Shown in pieces: positions 51,612 to 64,000 of a stretch of DNA of 64,000 bases (position 1 is its first letter; each line of letters begins with the position of its first letter). The translations under genes and the position numbers were made by a program. The stretch comes from Daphnia carinata (Eukaryota), in NCBI RefSeq assembly GCF_022539665.2, contig NC_081334.1, positions 1,798,001 to 1,862,000 of the forward strand. The letters run 5' to 3'. The notes under the pieces are model-generated. The model saw only the letters and a program-made list of their open reading frames with translations. It did no database searches and was not told the origin of the DNA.

Positions 51612-53411
51612 ATGTTTCTGCTGCCTCTTCAAACATTCTCGATTGTGAACAAATTCCTTTTTTCCAGAAAGTATGTAGTGTTGTTCAGTGGCTTTCTTCT
51701 TCATCTTTCGTATGGATCTGTTTTAACATTTGGTGAGTCGTTCATTGACGTTTTCATGGATTTTCAAAAATAAGTACAAACTATTAAAGGAAACATGACG
51801 ACGTATATAACGTCTTATCAACGGAATGTCTTACAATTGGATGTTTCGTATGCGGACACGATGTGGATCCAAGCAATATCATTTGCAACCACCGGCATTG
51901 CGCTGCCATTGGGCAGTTATTTGCAAAAACAATGGGGTCCTCGACCGACTATTGTTATGGCTATGCTATTTACGAGGTATAAGACTAATTATCTGGCCAT
52001 GTTAACTACTGCATCAGCTAGTATACAACAATGATTCCTTGCTTTAGTGGCGGTGTTTTCCTCACTTCTTTAACGGTGACGCAGTCAACGAGTTTGCTTG
52101 TAATTACGTACGGCCTTCTGTTCGGAATCGGAGCCCGTGTGGGCTACATGTCTCCTATTGCTGCCGCAATGAGGGTTTTTATGTCCCATTGAATTGTTAT
52201 TCAAATAACCAGCTTTAACCGACGCTTATTCCATAGTGGTTTCCAGATAATCAACATGGAATGGTAAACGGGGTTATTATCGCTGGCTACGGAATGGGTG
52301 CTTTCGTCTTCAATTTTATTCAGATTGCATACGTGAATCCTGAAAACATTCCTTCCGATAGCACTGGGTAAAAAAAAAATTGAATCAACTGAGAATTATT
52401 AAAGCAACTTCTTACGAATTGGGTACTCACACAAAAAAAGGTACTTCGCTGATGAAAAGGTCTTGATGCGAGTACCGGGCCTCTTCGTTTTCCTAGGATG
52501 TATTTATTTGGCCGTACAGTTATTTGCAGTTATCTTCATAAGAAATCCACCATCAGTTCCCCTAGCGATAAAAACGGAAACAGCCGACGTCCATCTGACT
52601 ATTCCTCCGGAACCGAAAGTTTCTGTTTTGCAACTTGTCCGTTCACCTCTATTTATTGCGTTGTGGTTCACTTTTCTCTTTAACGACCAAACCATCATCG
52701 GAGTCATTGGATTATACAAGGCCTTCGGGCTGTATTTTTGGACAGACGATAAATGTCTGACGCTGGTCGGATCACTGGGTGCAATTTTTAATGCCCTTGG
52801 CCGCCTAGCTTGGGGATTTCTAGCGGACCGAGTGCAATACAGGGTCAGATGAAGTTCGTATTTGAAAAAAAGAGAACGTGTGTTACTAAAGAATCAACGT
52901 TTTTTTTTCAGACGTTAATGTTAGTCCTTACGTGGGTGGTGGTGGCACTTTTACTTTCGCTGAATGCAACACCGTTGGTCGGAGGTGTTTGGCTCTACGC
53001 ATGCTGGATCATCTCATTAAACATCATTACACCCGGGACATACATTCTTCTACCGAAAGCCATCGGACATTATTTTGGAAAAGATAATGTCCCTTTCAAC
53101 TACGGCCTTCTTTTCACCAGCTTTGTAATCAACTCTTAGAAATATCACTGATTGGCAAAATAAGATTGACTTATACAAAAAAATTTAATCTTTATGTTGT
53201 GACTGAGGAATTTAACAGTTAGCTGGAGGTCCCCTTTCTGCCTTGGTATCCAATACTTTACTTGATACGTTTGGTTGGATTGGAGTCTTCTGGTCGATGG
53301 CTGCATTTAGTGCTGCCGGTAAGGCTTTGTTAATTAATGTTAAACATTAATGAATGATTGACAACTTTTTATTTTGACAAAGCTGGAGTCATCACTTGGT
53401 TCTTGCCTTGA
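51612..53411 (+). CDS. MFS transporter, oxalate:formate antiporter-like
   Basis: GFLLHLSYGSVLTFGNMTTYITSY, WGPRPT, GVIIAGYGMGAFVF, YVNPEN, FNALGRLAWGFLADR, YFGKDNVPFNYGLLF. Multiple short introns; stop at 53409-11. Confidence 0.85.
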
Positions 53412-56031
53412 AAAAAACTGAATGGAATTCACAGCAAGCAGCCTATAAATTTAATGTTTATTTGCGTTACAACAGATTTTGTCCTGTTGCTGTAATGTTG
53501 AAAGACTATGATAGTCTTCATGTGAACTACAGTTTTTAATTTGAATAAATTGTGAACATCATCTACTTTTAGTGCGGCATTTGCAAAAGAAACGCCGTTC
53601 TTTTAAACGTTCCTTAAACAAACTCGTAAAACAGCATTTGTGCGGTACAAGAAGGCGCTGAAGTCAACAACGAAGAACTGTGTACAAACAATAGGAAAAC
53701 AGAAGGGTATGTTTACAATTTTTCTTTTAACCAAAAATATTGATGGTCTCTTATTGGCAAGTCAATGTAATTGATAATACTGAAATACGTTGAACGGAAA
53801 GAACCAAACGAATGTATAATTTTGTTGAACTGAGTTGAATAAACGCACAGGATAAAATTGCGTTTATAAAGAATGCCTAATATTGATAATCTTCACTGTT
53901 TTTAAGTAAGGATGAAGCTCTGTCAAGACTCCGCAGAGGAAGAAGGAAGATACCTAGTTACGTTATAGGCCATTCTTCAAACTGAGTAGGCTCGTCAGCA
54001 GTCTGTTCAATTGCGGATATTACTTAGCATCCCCATTGTCATCAAAATGACGTGTTCCGTACTTCTTTAGGTGTCTTCTTCAATCCAAGTGTTTCAAGTG
54101 AACTAAGCCACAATCCAGCCATCATATAAGCTTTCGTTCCGGGACATTGGCTCACGATTGACTGTTATTTACACGTACCACGTATAGAGGAATTATTTTC
54201 GCATTATTCCTAAAGCTCCTTTTTGCTTTCATCCTCCCATCTTTTGTCGCCGTCAGAACAAGTAGAGCGAAATTTCTATTCACCCATGCCATATTTATGG
54301 GCTAGTAAAACCGGTAAGCAATATTTATGTAAAAAAAAGGAAAAATAGAAAGAAATCGGACGAAGTTCTTACATCCATGAACTCTTACTAGCTTTCGTCT
54401 TTATTCTTGTTTGATTTTAAATTTGCATGTTCATTCCGAAATCTATGGCTGCCTCCTAATGTCTATATTCTTTTGGCCTTGCTCTCCGTGGCCTACTCCA
54501 TAGTCGGCTATAGTAACTTTTCTCTGCTGACATGTTTGGAAGAGCGTCATCCCTCCGATGAACGGGAGGCCTTTTTTTTTCTTACGTCGTAATATGTGGC
54601 GCTGCTGGACGAAAGCAGTTGCAAAAGTTGCGAAAGCTAAACTTATTCTTCTATGGCGTTGCTTTTAGTTTCTTAATTGTGTTGATGGTGCGGTCGCGTC
54701 TGCAATCCTGAAACAGAACTCTGAAACAGTTTTGAAGGATGATGACTTTTACGCATCATTCGAGCGCCCAAAAATGTGTGCTAAATAATCAAAAGAAAGG
54801 CAGGCAGTCACATTAAACTGTTATAAAAGTCGGGTACATTCAACTCAAAATGAAGAAGGCAAAATTCTATCAAAAACAGCACACATACACAAAAGCAACA
54901 TCACGAAACAGGGAGTTCCACTTCAATGAACCTCTCTACGTTAACGAGCCGCGACTACGATTTTTGCATTTTGCGGCACGTCTGTTAAAGAAATTAAATT
55001 ATTTACAAACTTTTCGTTGCTACATCACGTACGCTTGTTTTATCCGCTAGAAAGTTAAGAAGAAGTCTTTCCCGAGATGGATGGCACAATTAAGAAGTAG
55101 CGCTACACGTGCGTACAGGTGTTCGAAGCGGTCCTCCGAGTTTTAATTTAGCTTCGTGGGTAGAGTACGTGCATGCAATTAAACTTCTTACCGTGTTCAT
55201 TTATATAAGTTAGGCTATGTTTCGACGAAATGCGACAACTAGCGCTAACACGAATGGCATTGATTCGGAAACGGCATTGTTTGCGTGGGCATTAAATTGT
55301 GGTTGCCATGTCGAAACTCTAGTAATGAGACTACATTGTACAATTGACGCGTAAACAAAAATTTATGACCGTTCACCGTGCCAACATGCAGACGTATATT
55401 TCAGCATAATGTCCAGCCGAGATGCAATTAGGTGTAAACGACACATCGCCCGTTAATTGTTTACCTACTTAAGTTTTCCTAAAGCCGTGTTCGTATCAAT
55501 ACTTAAAAACCTATGCCTCACATCTCTTATGAAAAGAAATTCTCATTTAAGCTAATGATAAACCTGCCATCATCACGAAATGAAGAAAAAAACTTTAAGT
55601 ACGAATCACGAGAACAGGGATTGTGAATCAATATTTACATATCTACATGAAAAATATTGTGAATAAAACAATCAAACATCCACTGCGTGCATTGCTTTGC
55701 TGATAGTCTAGCGCTAAAAACAAACGTGAATGCAATTTTTAAAACACAACTTGCCTCGTGTATTTCGCCCACACTGCATATGCGCCGTATCTCGCATTTT
55801 CTTCTTCGTTTCGACAAAGTAAATCCCCGCTGATGTTGCGCTGCACGCTTGGCTGCAGCACTCGACTCGTTTGGCTTACCGAAATAAAACGTATAAGGGG
55901 GATGCATCCGTCAAAGATGACTTCAGTCCGTTGACGGTGCACACCAGCTCCACATCGACCGTCGCTCTGTAGAAAGGGATGCTCCGGCTTTGTTCGTTCT
56001 TCGTGTCCCCCGGAACGAGTGTTTCCATCAA

Positions 56032-59000
56032 ATGAACATGATGAGTGATGAGCCAGACAGCCTCACGTCCTCCTCCACTAACATTTCAAATTCCGTGCGC
56101 AATTTTGTGAGCGAGATGTTAACAAAGCGAGAAAACAGTGGCGACGTGAACTACTTCAACAACAACACAGGAATGTCTAGATTAATCGGAACTAACTATG
56201 ACGATAACATCATCGCCACTGATTATGATGGTGTTGATAATTCAACGGACGGTGTTCACTTGCTAATGCCTACCTGGGCTTACTGGTCTGTGGCCGCGTA
56301 TCTGCTTTTCATCAGCGTTCTTGGCTTAATCATGAACACTATCGTCGTTGTCGTCATTCTCAGCGATTCGAGGGTAATTCACTGCACGCACTTCATTTTC
56401 TCCTATTTCTCTAGCCGTGTCTTCGTTGACATTGAAATTATGTTTGAATGTTATTACTATAAAGCACTACGCTTGTTAACGCTATCGCACACATGAATAC
56501 ATGAATAAAAAATAGGGACTCCGCTAACATATACAGTAGAAGCCGATGACACCGTGTTACGCATAATTGCACCGTGTTAAGCTATTTGCTTGTCCAACCA
56601 CGTAATTCGTCGTTGAGATGGAGTTTTTTTTTCGATGTTCTCCAGCTTAGTATTTCATGTACGATGCATCCAAATTGCCTTGTTGCGTATAACGTTAATA
56701 ATTTTCCTAGAAAGCTATAGCCTACATGGCTATTACAATAATGCTAACGAATAGTAGAACTTTCTTGCGGAAGGAAAGTAGTGAGAAGATGATGCGGTTA
56801 TTATTATTCGACCTTGATATCGTTCATCATTCCCTTGGAAATTGGCGGTGCAAAGTGTCTAAATATATCAACATGGGTTTCGTTGGAAATTCGTATTATT
56901 GATGTAGACAACTGGCCTTATCAAAAGGCTATATTTACGTATCAACGACCTGTCTCCTGCGGCTTTCTCGTTTTCAGGGTATATATATTGCTTACGTAAC
57001 TTGTGGAAAGAGAAGACAAACAATAACAGATCGTCAACCTTTTTTTTTTTCCTCATATTGGTATTGACACTTAGATAACTAATGTCGTCTCCCCATACAC
57101 TCAATATGGTTTCCATATTTGATTTCGGCTTTCACATTCGTTGGATACCGTTGATATTCTTGTCTTTCATGATCATGTTATGCATGGATATGTTATTGGA
57201 TCGCGCGTTCTGTTTCTGTCTGCGCAGACGTGTTTTATCTTTGTCACTCTCTACCATCTCTCGGCAATGAGCTGCTGTGCATGTGTGATTTGGTCGGATT
57301 CTTTATTCAATTTTTTGCAAATATAACCTTGTTGAGGATAGAAGATGACGCCATTGAACTGGATGTTGCTGAATTTGGCTTGCTCCGACGGTGCCATTGC
57401 TGGATTCGGGTAAGTATGTGCACATATCTGAAAAGAAAAACGAAGACGAATAATAAATGAATGATGTGCGCTTGCGGCAAAATACCGCGTTGAATACAGA
57501 ACGCCCGTTTCAACGGCTGCTGCTTTGCAATTTGGATGGCCTTTCAGCCACGAACTGTGCGTTGCTTACGCCATGATTATGTCTACTGCAGGTATGTAAG
57601 TTATGACACTGATGCATCAAAATGCAATTTTATCACCAACATCATTATTTTCGTTCTAAATTTTTTCTAGGAATCGGATCCATCACCACACTAACGGCGT
57701 TGGCTGTCTGGCGATGTCAACTCGTCGTTTGCTGTCCAGCTAAACGCAAAAGCACGTTTACTAATCACAATGGTCGACTCGAATGTCGCTATGGCGCCTT
57801 GTTGCTCACTCTCATCTGGATTTACGCTGTGGCTGTTACGTGTCCGCCACTTCTAGGTTGGGGTCGTTACGATCGCGAAGCTGCTCACATCAGGTACGGT
57901 TAACTGCCTTTCATTTACTTCACAATATGTCTCTAATTCGTATAAAGAATCGTGACTAATAATACGTTACAATCACTGTCTTACGTGGTGATGGCTGTGT
58001 ATGGTGTCTAAAAATAGACCGGCAATGTGATAATGGCCAACGCATATTCTGACCAGCTCCAAAATAAACACCAGACAGGTTCTATGTTACTTCAATGCGA
58101 AAAGTAAAACATACGATCAACATTTGAATTTCGAAAGCCAATTAACTGCCTAGCATATAACCTATAGCAAACATGACTACAATACATAAATGCTCGACGT
58201 GTATAGACGTATAATGTTGCTGCTTTACCCAAATTGGAACAATGGATGGCTGTTAATTTCTTGATAAACATACCTGTCTAATTACGTCTTAATTTCGTGC
58301 ATGATACGGTACTTGAAGCTGTTCGGTCAACTGGGAGTCCAATAGGCATTACAACCGCTCCTACATCTTGTACATGTTTGTTATGGGGTTGGTCATCCCG
58401 CTTTCCCTCATCATGATGTCCTATGTCAAGATCCTGCGCGTTGTCCGAAAGGTAAGAACTTGACATCTACAACAATGGAGCTTTTCTCAAAATAATGATG
58501 GCAGAGGCACTTGTACCCCCGTAGACGTATAGGCCGATGATGTCTATAGATATATTTTCCAAATAGGCTGATCTATCCCTACCCCTAAATATCGACAGAC
58601 CCTTAAAATATCTATATCGTTTTTTTTTTTAACTATTCCTGAAAAGAAATATGACATGCTTTTTTAAACAATAATTAATTTAATTTATCGAACCATACAG
58701 AGACGAAGGCGAGCCGAAATCAAAGAGGAAACGCCAAAGACGATCCCACCATCTGATGTATCTGGTCATGTTACGCAAAATTATGGCCATCAAATATCTG
58801 AGCATCCACTACCGATCACCAACAAAAAGAGGCAGCAACATCTTAACAACAATCAACAGCCTCTTCACCGTCGAGGAGATGCAGCTGAGAAGAGAGTGAC
58901 GGTGATGGTGGCCTGCATGATCGGCGCTTTCATGGCCGCTTGGACGCCTTATTCCATTCTGGCGCTTTACGAGACATTCTTTAGCATTGACGGCGGTGAT

Positions 59001-59945
59001 AATTACAGCGGAAAGAAAGCCAGTGTTTCCGACCCAACACAGGATAACGATCCATTTTATGTGGGAATCGTTTCACCTGCTTTCGCTACAATTCCTTCGC
59101 TTTTTGCCAAAACATCAGCTGTTCTCAATCCGCTTATCTACGGGCTTCTCAACACTCAGGTATATATGATCCCAGTGGGCGAAATAAATTTAAAGGTTAT
59201 TGTAATCCGTAGAGAGGATGTTACAATATTCCGAACTTTAATACGGTCATTTATTCAACAGTTTCGCTTGGCTTGGGAAAGGTTTTCGATGCGGTACTTT
59301 AGTCGATGCCGTCATCGGCGCCATCCCACCGGGGCCGTAGCGGCCAACCGACAAACGCAAATCAAAAAGCGTGATATACGGCGATTCCGATTTAGCTGCA
59401 ATAGCAATTCACGTGGTATTAAAATGGGAACCACTGTTCACCTGCCTATGCGAGAAATCATATTTCCAAAGGAAGACAGACAGGGTCAAACTAGCAGCAA
59501 AATCACAACGATTCCACCCTTTGCCGACACCAAAGCTACCCACTCAATTCCAGTGCATATTGGCCATAATAATGAAGAAGAAGAACAGCGACAATTGAGA
59601 GGCAATCAACAAGAAACAACTATGGAAAATCAATATTATAAACCCCTTCATCTACCGTCAGCACTTTCATCATCTTTGCCGTCACTGTCGGCTTGCACTT
59701 CATCACACCTTGTCTGTCCAGAGGTGAATGTAACGTGTCAGTCAATCAAGAAGAGATCAATCAGACTTCACCATCATAGGGGCCAGCTTGGTTCTTCGAT
59801 ATCCGTTCGCTTGCTCTCCCTCACAGCTCACTGCCGTTGCAGCATTGAAAAATCGATGTTCTTGAACCCCTATGCCGACACCCACGCTAGCCTGACAGCA
59901 CGTACCACAATCACTAAGAGTGATCCGGAAGTAAACCAAACCTAA
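56032..59945 (+). CDS. Pteropsin (arthropod ciliary-type opsin)
   Basis: Exons 56032-56373, 57342-57409, 57500-57591, 57671-57893, 58319-58451, 58701-59159 and 59262-59945. Motifs TPLNWMLLNLACSD, PPLLGWGRYDREAAHISCSVNW, AWTPY, retinal lysine in FAKTS, and NPLIY..LNTQFR. Confidence 0.9.
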
Positions 59946-62087
59946 TCAACGAACTGGCAAAACATTGTCACCACATGATGATGTCGGAGAATTGGTGCCG
60001 ATAGAACAGCAGCTATCGATCAAAACCCGCACTAGGTTCAATGTAGGAATAGCTGGCTGAACAGACACATTTGACATCAATTGAACAGTCCTGTGCGATG
60101 ACGTCAACTGTTGCTGAATTAAGCCGAAGATTTGCGTCATAGAGGGCCATGATGAGTTGTCAAACAAGTTGTAAGATTACGTTAAATATTGTAAGCTTTC
60201 TGGGCTTATAAATAAGCCGTGCCAAGTCTGAACGATGCTTCCCTTCGATCATCGAATCGAACTATTTGGGTGTTGTGGATGTCGTGAAGTTCGCTGTTGG
60301 GACCGCATCCTTATCGATTTGAATGGAAGAGTTCAATAAACGGCAGCCTATATCGACCAGACCAATTAGCTAAAATAATAAGCTATATTGCATGGTATAC
60401 TGGTCTGATTTACATTCTGATCATATTATAATCGATAACCAGAATCGAGGAGAAAGAATTGGATTTCCAGTTTGAGATGATACTCGTATAGATGCCACAT
60501 GTTAGACCGTAGAGGACGGATGACTTGATTAGATAAACAGTAGATACATTGTTTGAATTTTTTGCTATACAATAGGATCAATATATATTAGCGAAATCGA
60601 GAACGCATGACACGTTTATAAGGTTGTGTAGCTATTGGTTAGCTACGTTCGATATCGATTCCATCTCAATGACATTCAAATCCGTTCCATTAAAAAATCG
60701 ACAACCTATCCATCTCTGTTGATTGATGTCTGGAAGATCACTGAAAAAAGAAGCGGTTGTCCCAGAACAAAGAGGGGGACGCTTTTTATTAATTTCCAAA
60801 AAAAAATTACGTTTCTCATCGTTCGCCCGTCTGCTTTATTAGTTTTCCACAAACCTTTGTATCTTCGATTTCCATTTCTTTAATTCTGCTGACGCGTTCC
60901 TTTTCATTCCCTATTCCTTCTCTCCTTTATAGCTTCACGAGAGCTTTTTTCCACGTTTTTCGGCTTTCCGTCCACATTCCGTTCCGATAGTTTTTCCTCT
61001 TCTATTTGCTATGGAACGAAAATAAATTCGTCGTTCCTATTCCGGTTTATTCAGTCAGTTAATCCTTGTTTATCCTTTGTCACAGTCAATTCTGTCCTTT
61101 AACGTTGTGTTTTCATTGGTTTCGATGTACGGAATTATAATTCAACTACAAAGCTTTTAGCAACTTGTTTTTCGGTTTATCATTTTGATAGACATAAATT
61201 GTTAATTAATCCATTAAAATCAAAACAGCAGTGAAATAATGAGATTGATAATGCTGGAAAATGGAAAGGGTGCGGGGCACAACAAATTTAACGAGTAAAA
61301 ATTCTTTTAATTGCAGCAGAAAATTGTCCTTAGGTGGAGTTAAAAGTATGTTATGGCTCAGAACCTCGGCAGATGGCGATGGAAGTAGGTCATGACACAC
61401 ACTCATTAGATGGCGTTCGTAACATGTTATAACCAGAAAGTAGAAACTCTAGGCCTTTTTTCGTCTGCTTCTATCCATCTATGTAATCGGCATTCTCTTG
61501 CATTCTAGTTGAAATGATTCATCAGAAAGGTAACGAAGCATTTGGATTATTACGATTATAAATTTCTTGCAAGCTTCACAAAACCGTCTTTGTTTTCATG
61601 AAAAACTCTAAATTGATGTACAAAAACGAATTTGCTAAATGGTTTGTTGGGTAATTATAATTCAAAGGCATGTTTTTCTTCATCTAGAAAATCTCTTAAC
61701 CAATAACTTCATTGTTCATTAGATGATTTCTTCGTGATGATTATATTAAGAGATTAATCATTTTTGTCCACTTTTAAATTGCAAAACTGTTTGCACACGT
61801 TAGTTTAGAATGATCTGCGTTTTAGGGAAAATTGTGTATTTAGAATGTATTGCGACATCTGTCTGCCTTTGGCTCTGATGGGGCTAGGTATTGGTTATTA
61901 CGCATTCAAAATTTTGTGTTTTCATTCTAAGAAATTCAAGGGAAAACCCGTCAATTAATTACCCATATTATTATTGTTAATTACCTATTAATCATTTTGA
62001 AAATATTTAATTTGTTTTTTTTAATTTTTTAGTTTCAGCAAAAATGCAACATTGCTAAATGCCAGCAAATTAGGAGTTAGTTCCACG

Positions 62088-62438
62088 CATGGCCTACTAT
62101 AATAACGGCCAGCAAGCACGCAATACCCCCTGCGCCTAAAACTAAATTGCCAGAGGGGCCTAATACCCCAAATCGAAGTCCATTTTCTACAGCTTCATCC
62201 CACCCATTCCAATTTCTTTTACTTTTTCCACTGATTGGCAATGGTGGAGAGGTACTACTGCCGTAGTACCTCAAACAGAATTCCACTTTCCACTGGTTTT
62301 TTCCACTCATTCCAATCTGTATTAGTTACCAAACAGTGGAAAATGGAGCTCGGTTTGGGGTATTAGACCCCTCTGGCAATTGAGTTTTAGGCGCAGGGGG
62401 TATTGCGTGCTTGCTGGCCGTTATTATAGTAGGCCATG
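62088..62438. mobile_element. 351-bp MITE with ~100-bp TIRs and an 8-bp TSD (P-element- or hAT-like)
   Basis: GTTCCACG|CATGGCCTACTATAATAACGGCCAG... and ...CTGGCCGTTATTATAGTAGGCCATG|GTTCCACG. TSD at 62080-87 and 62439-46. Confidence 0.93.
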
Positions 62439-62739
62439 GTTCCACGTCACTGGTACATTCAGCGCTCTAGTTCCAAGATGGCGGACAATATGTTCAGAGC
62501 TTTAGAGTTCAGACACATCTTTAAGCTTACGCCACGCTCTTGTTCATCACCATTTCACATTTTCTTTGAACCATTGTGTGAAGGTAAATGATAAGATTCT
62601 AAGGTAAGCAAAAAAATCGTTTATAATACCAGAAATTGAAATTTAAATGAAAGCAACTTTTAATTTTTCTGGCATCTACATTCACGCAAATATTGGATGA
62701 AATTTCTTATTTAATAAAGTAACATTTATTTTAGCTCTT

Positions 62740-63240
62740 CATTCCAGGTTACTGACAATCTGCAAGCTGATCAACAAAGATGTTTTGTTACTACAGAGCT
62801 TGATTTGCTTGTTGCAACAATTGATAACAGAAAATGACGATGAGGATGACGTTTTGGTGAATGTGATGCACTTGAAAGGTGACAGACAATTATGTCCCTG
62901 TAACTAGTATGGCTTGGAATTTAGTTTTTTTCCCCCGATGGTTAGTACATCTATAGTTTCAAGATAATGAATAGATAGGTAAAAGGCTTTTATTACTTGA
63001 AATGCCTTATAATTAAAAATTACCATTTTCATACAAAATTAAGGCTACCTGTTCCAGGGATTGATAGTAGAAAGTGATGGTGAGGTTTTGGGGAGAGCAA
63101 CTTCCTTCAAAAGTTATTTTAAAAAATCAAGGTATAAAATATAGATATGAGTGTCTCACAAGCTATTGAATGTTTAACGGAAAAGGGATTTCTATTACTT
63201 GAAATGGTGATTCTAACAAAATACAATTTTTGTGCAGAAA
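62740..63240 (+). repeat. Third copy of the dispersed repeat family (module homologous to 10565-10935)
   Basis: attccaggtt(g/a)ctg(t/a)caatctgc...tgaaaggt...tgtaactagtatg...tttattacttgaaatg...tgaggttttgggga is shared in colinear order. Confidence 0.8.
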
Positions 63241-63410
63241 GGTTTTCATGGAACAACACGCTGGTGAACGACTGACGAACTTGTCAACAAGTAAAAATAT
63301 TGGGTGCTACTAACGAATGAGTTTGCACAGTCAAAATGGGCTTGTAAAGAATGGATTGTTGAAGAAGACGATGGACTGTGGTGCCTTGGCGCTAAACACA
63401 CTGGTAGCCA

Positions 63411-63885
63411 GTAGATGGCGTGAAAATCCAATGACTGAAAGGCTAAGAGATGGCGTAGCAAGTCGGACGTGACCCTGAAAACCCAATAGATGGCGTAGCA
63501 AGCCGGACGTGACCCTGAAAACCCAATAGATGGCGTAGTAAGTCGGACGTCACCCTGAAAACCCAATAGATGGCGTTGCAATTTGGACGTGATCCTGAAA
63601 ACCCAATAGATGGCGTTGCAAGTCTGACCTGAAGCCGTAGCGCTATAAATGGCGTTACGAGTGTGCCCTGAATCCGTCACCCAACGGATGACGTTGCAAG
63701 TCTGACCTGAATCCGCCACCCAATGGATGACTTTGCAAGTCTGACCTGAATCCGCCACCCAATGGATGACGTTGCAAGTCTGACCTGAATCCGCCACCCA
63801 ATGGATGACGTTGCAAGTCTGACCTGAATCCGCCACCCAATGGATGACGTTGCAAGTCTGATCTGAACCCGAAGCCCAATGGAGT
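63411..63885 (+). repeat. Two-subtype 39/40-bp minisatellite (CCAATAGATGGCG units, then CCAATGGATGACG units)
   Basis: 40-bp unit acccaatagatggcgtagcaagycggacgtgaccctgaaa (~4 copies), then 39-bp unit caatggatgacgttgcaagtctgacctgaatccgccacc (~5 copies). Confidence 0.92.
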
Positions 63886-64000
63886 TTCAAGGCTGGCCTG
63901 TAGTCCGGCGCGGCGTTGCGTGCTGCCTTGAACCAAACTGAAATTCTTGGCCTTCGATGAATTTTCGGGTACTTCTTCACTTTGACAAGCTCAAGTTTTC

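Noticed and set aside
63246..63980. 244-aa ORF with 13-aa repeats
   Set aside because: Translation of the 39/40-bp minisatellite; the reading changes with unit length.

Overview
Eukaryotic, intron-rich DNA, inferred to be from a Daphnia-like crustacean (55-75 nt introns, long homopolymers, pteropsin-type opsin). Host genes reconstructed by splicing: a small acidic two-finger C2H2 protein (+, ~28.7-33.6 kb), the unconventional myosin dachs (-, 35.6-43.7 kb, possible alternative first exon at 46.5-47.4 kb), OGFOD3 (-, with an apparent 1-nt frameshift), an Spc24-like kinetochore gene (+), an oxalate:formate-antiporter-like MFS transporter (+) and a pteropsin/c-opsin (+). About 5.5-22.5 kb and 61.3-64 kb are AT-rich, CpG-poor accessory blocks made of shuffled, diverged copies of the same ORF-less but splice-site-rich modules. 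Each block carries minisatellites built around a CTCF-like TAGATGGCG core. At 12.7-14.45 kb lies an unexplained GC-rich cassette: two densely base-paired domains with G·U-biased pairing on the + strand (one TTAA-flanked and holding a hammerhead-like core), a divergent pair of tRNA-like A/B-box elements and a 23-bp array. An intact 351-bp MITE and a ~640-bp palindromic element are also present. All calls were made by eye; no searches or folding programs were run.
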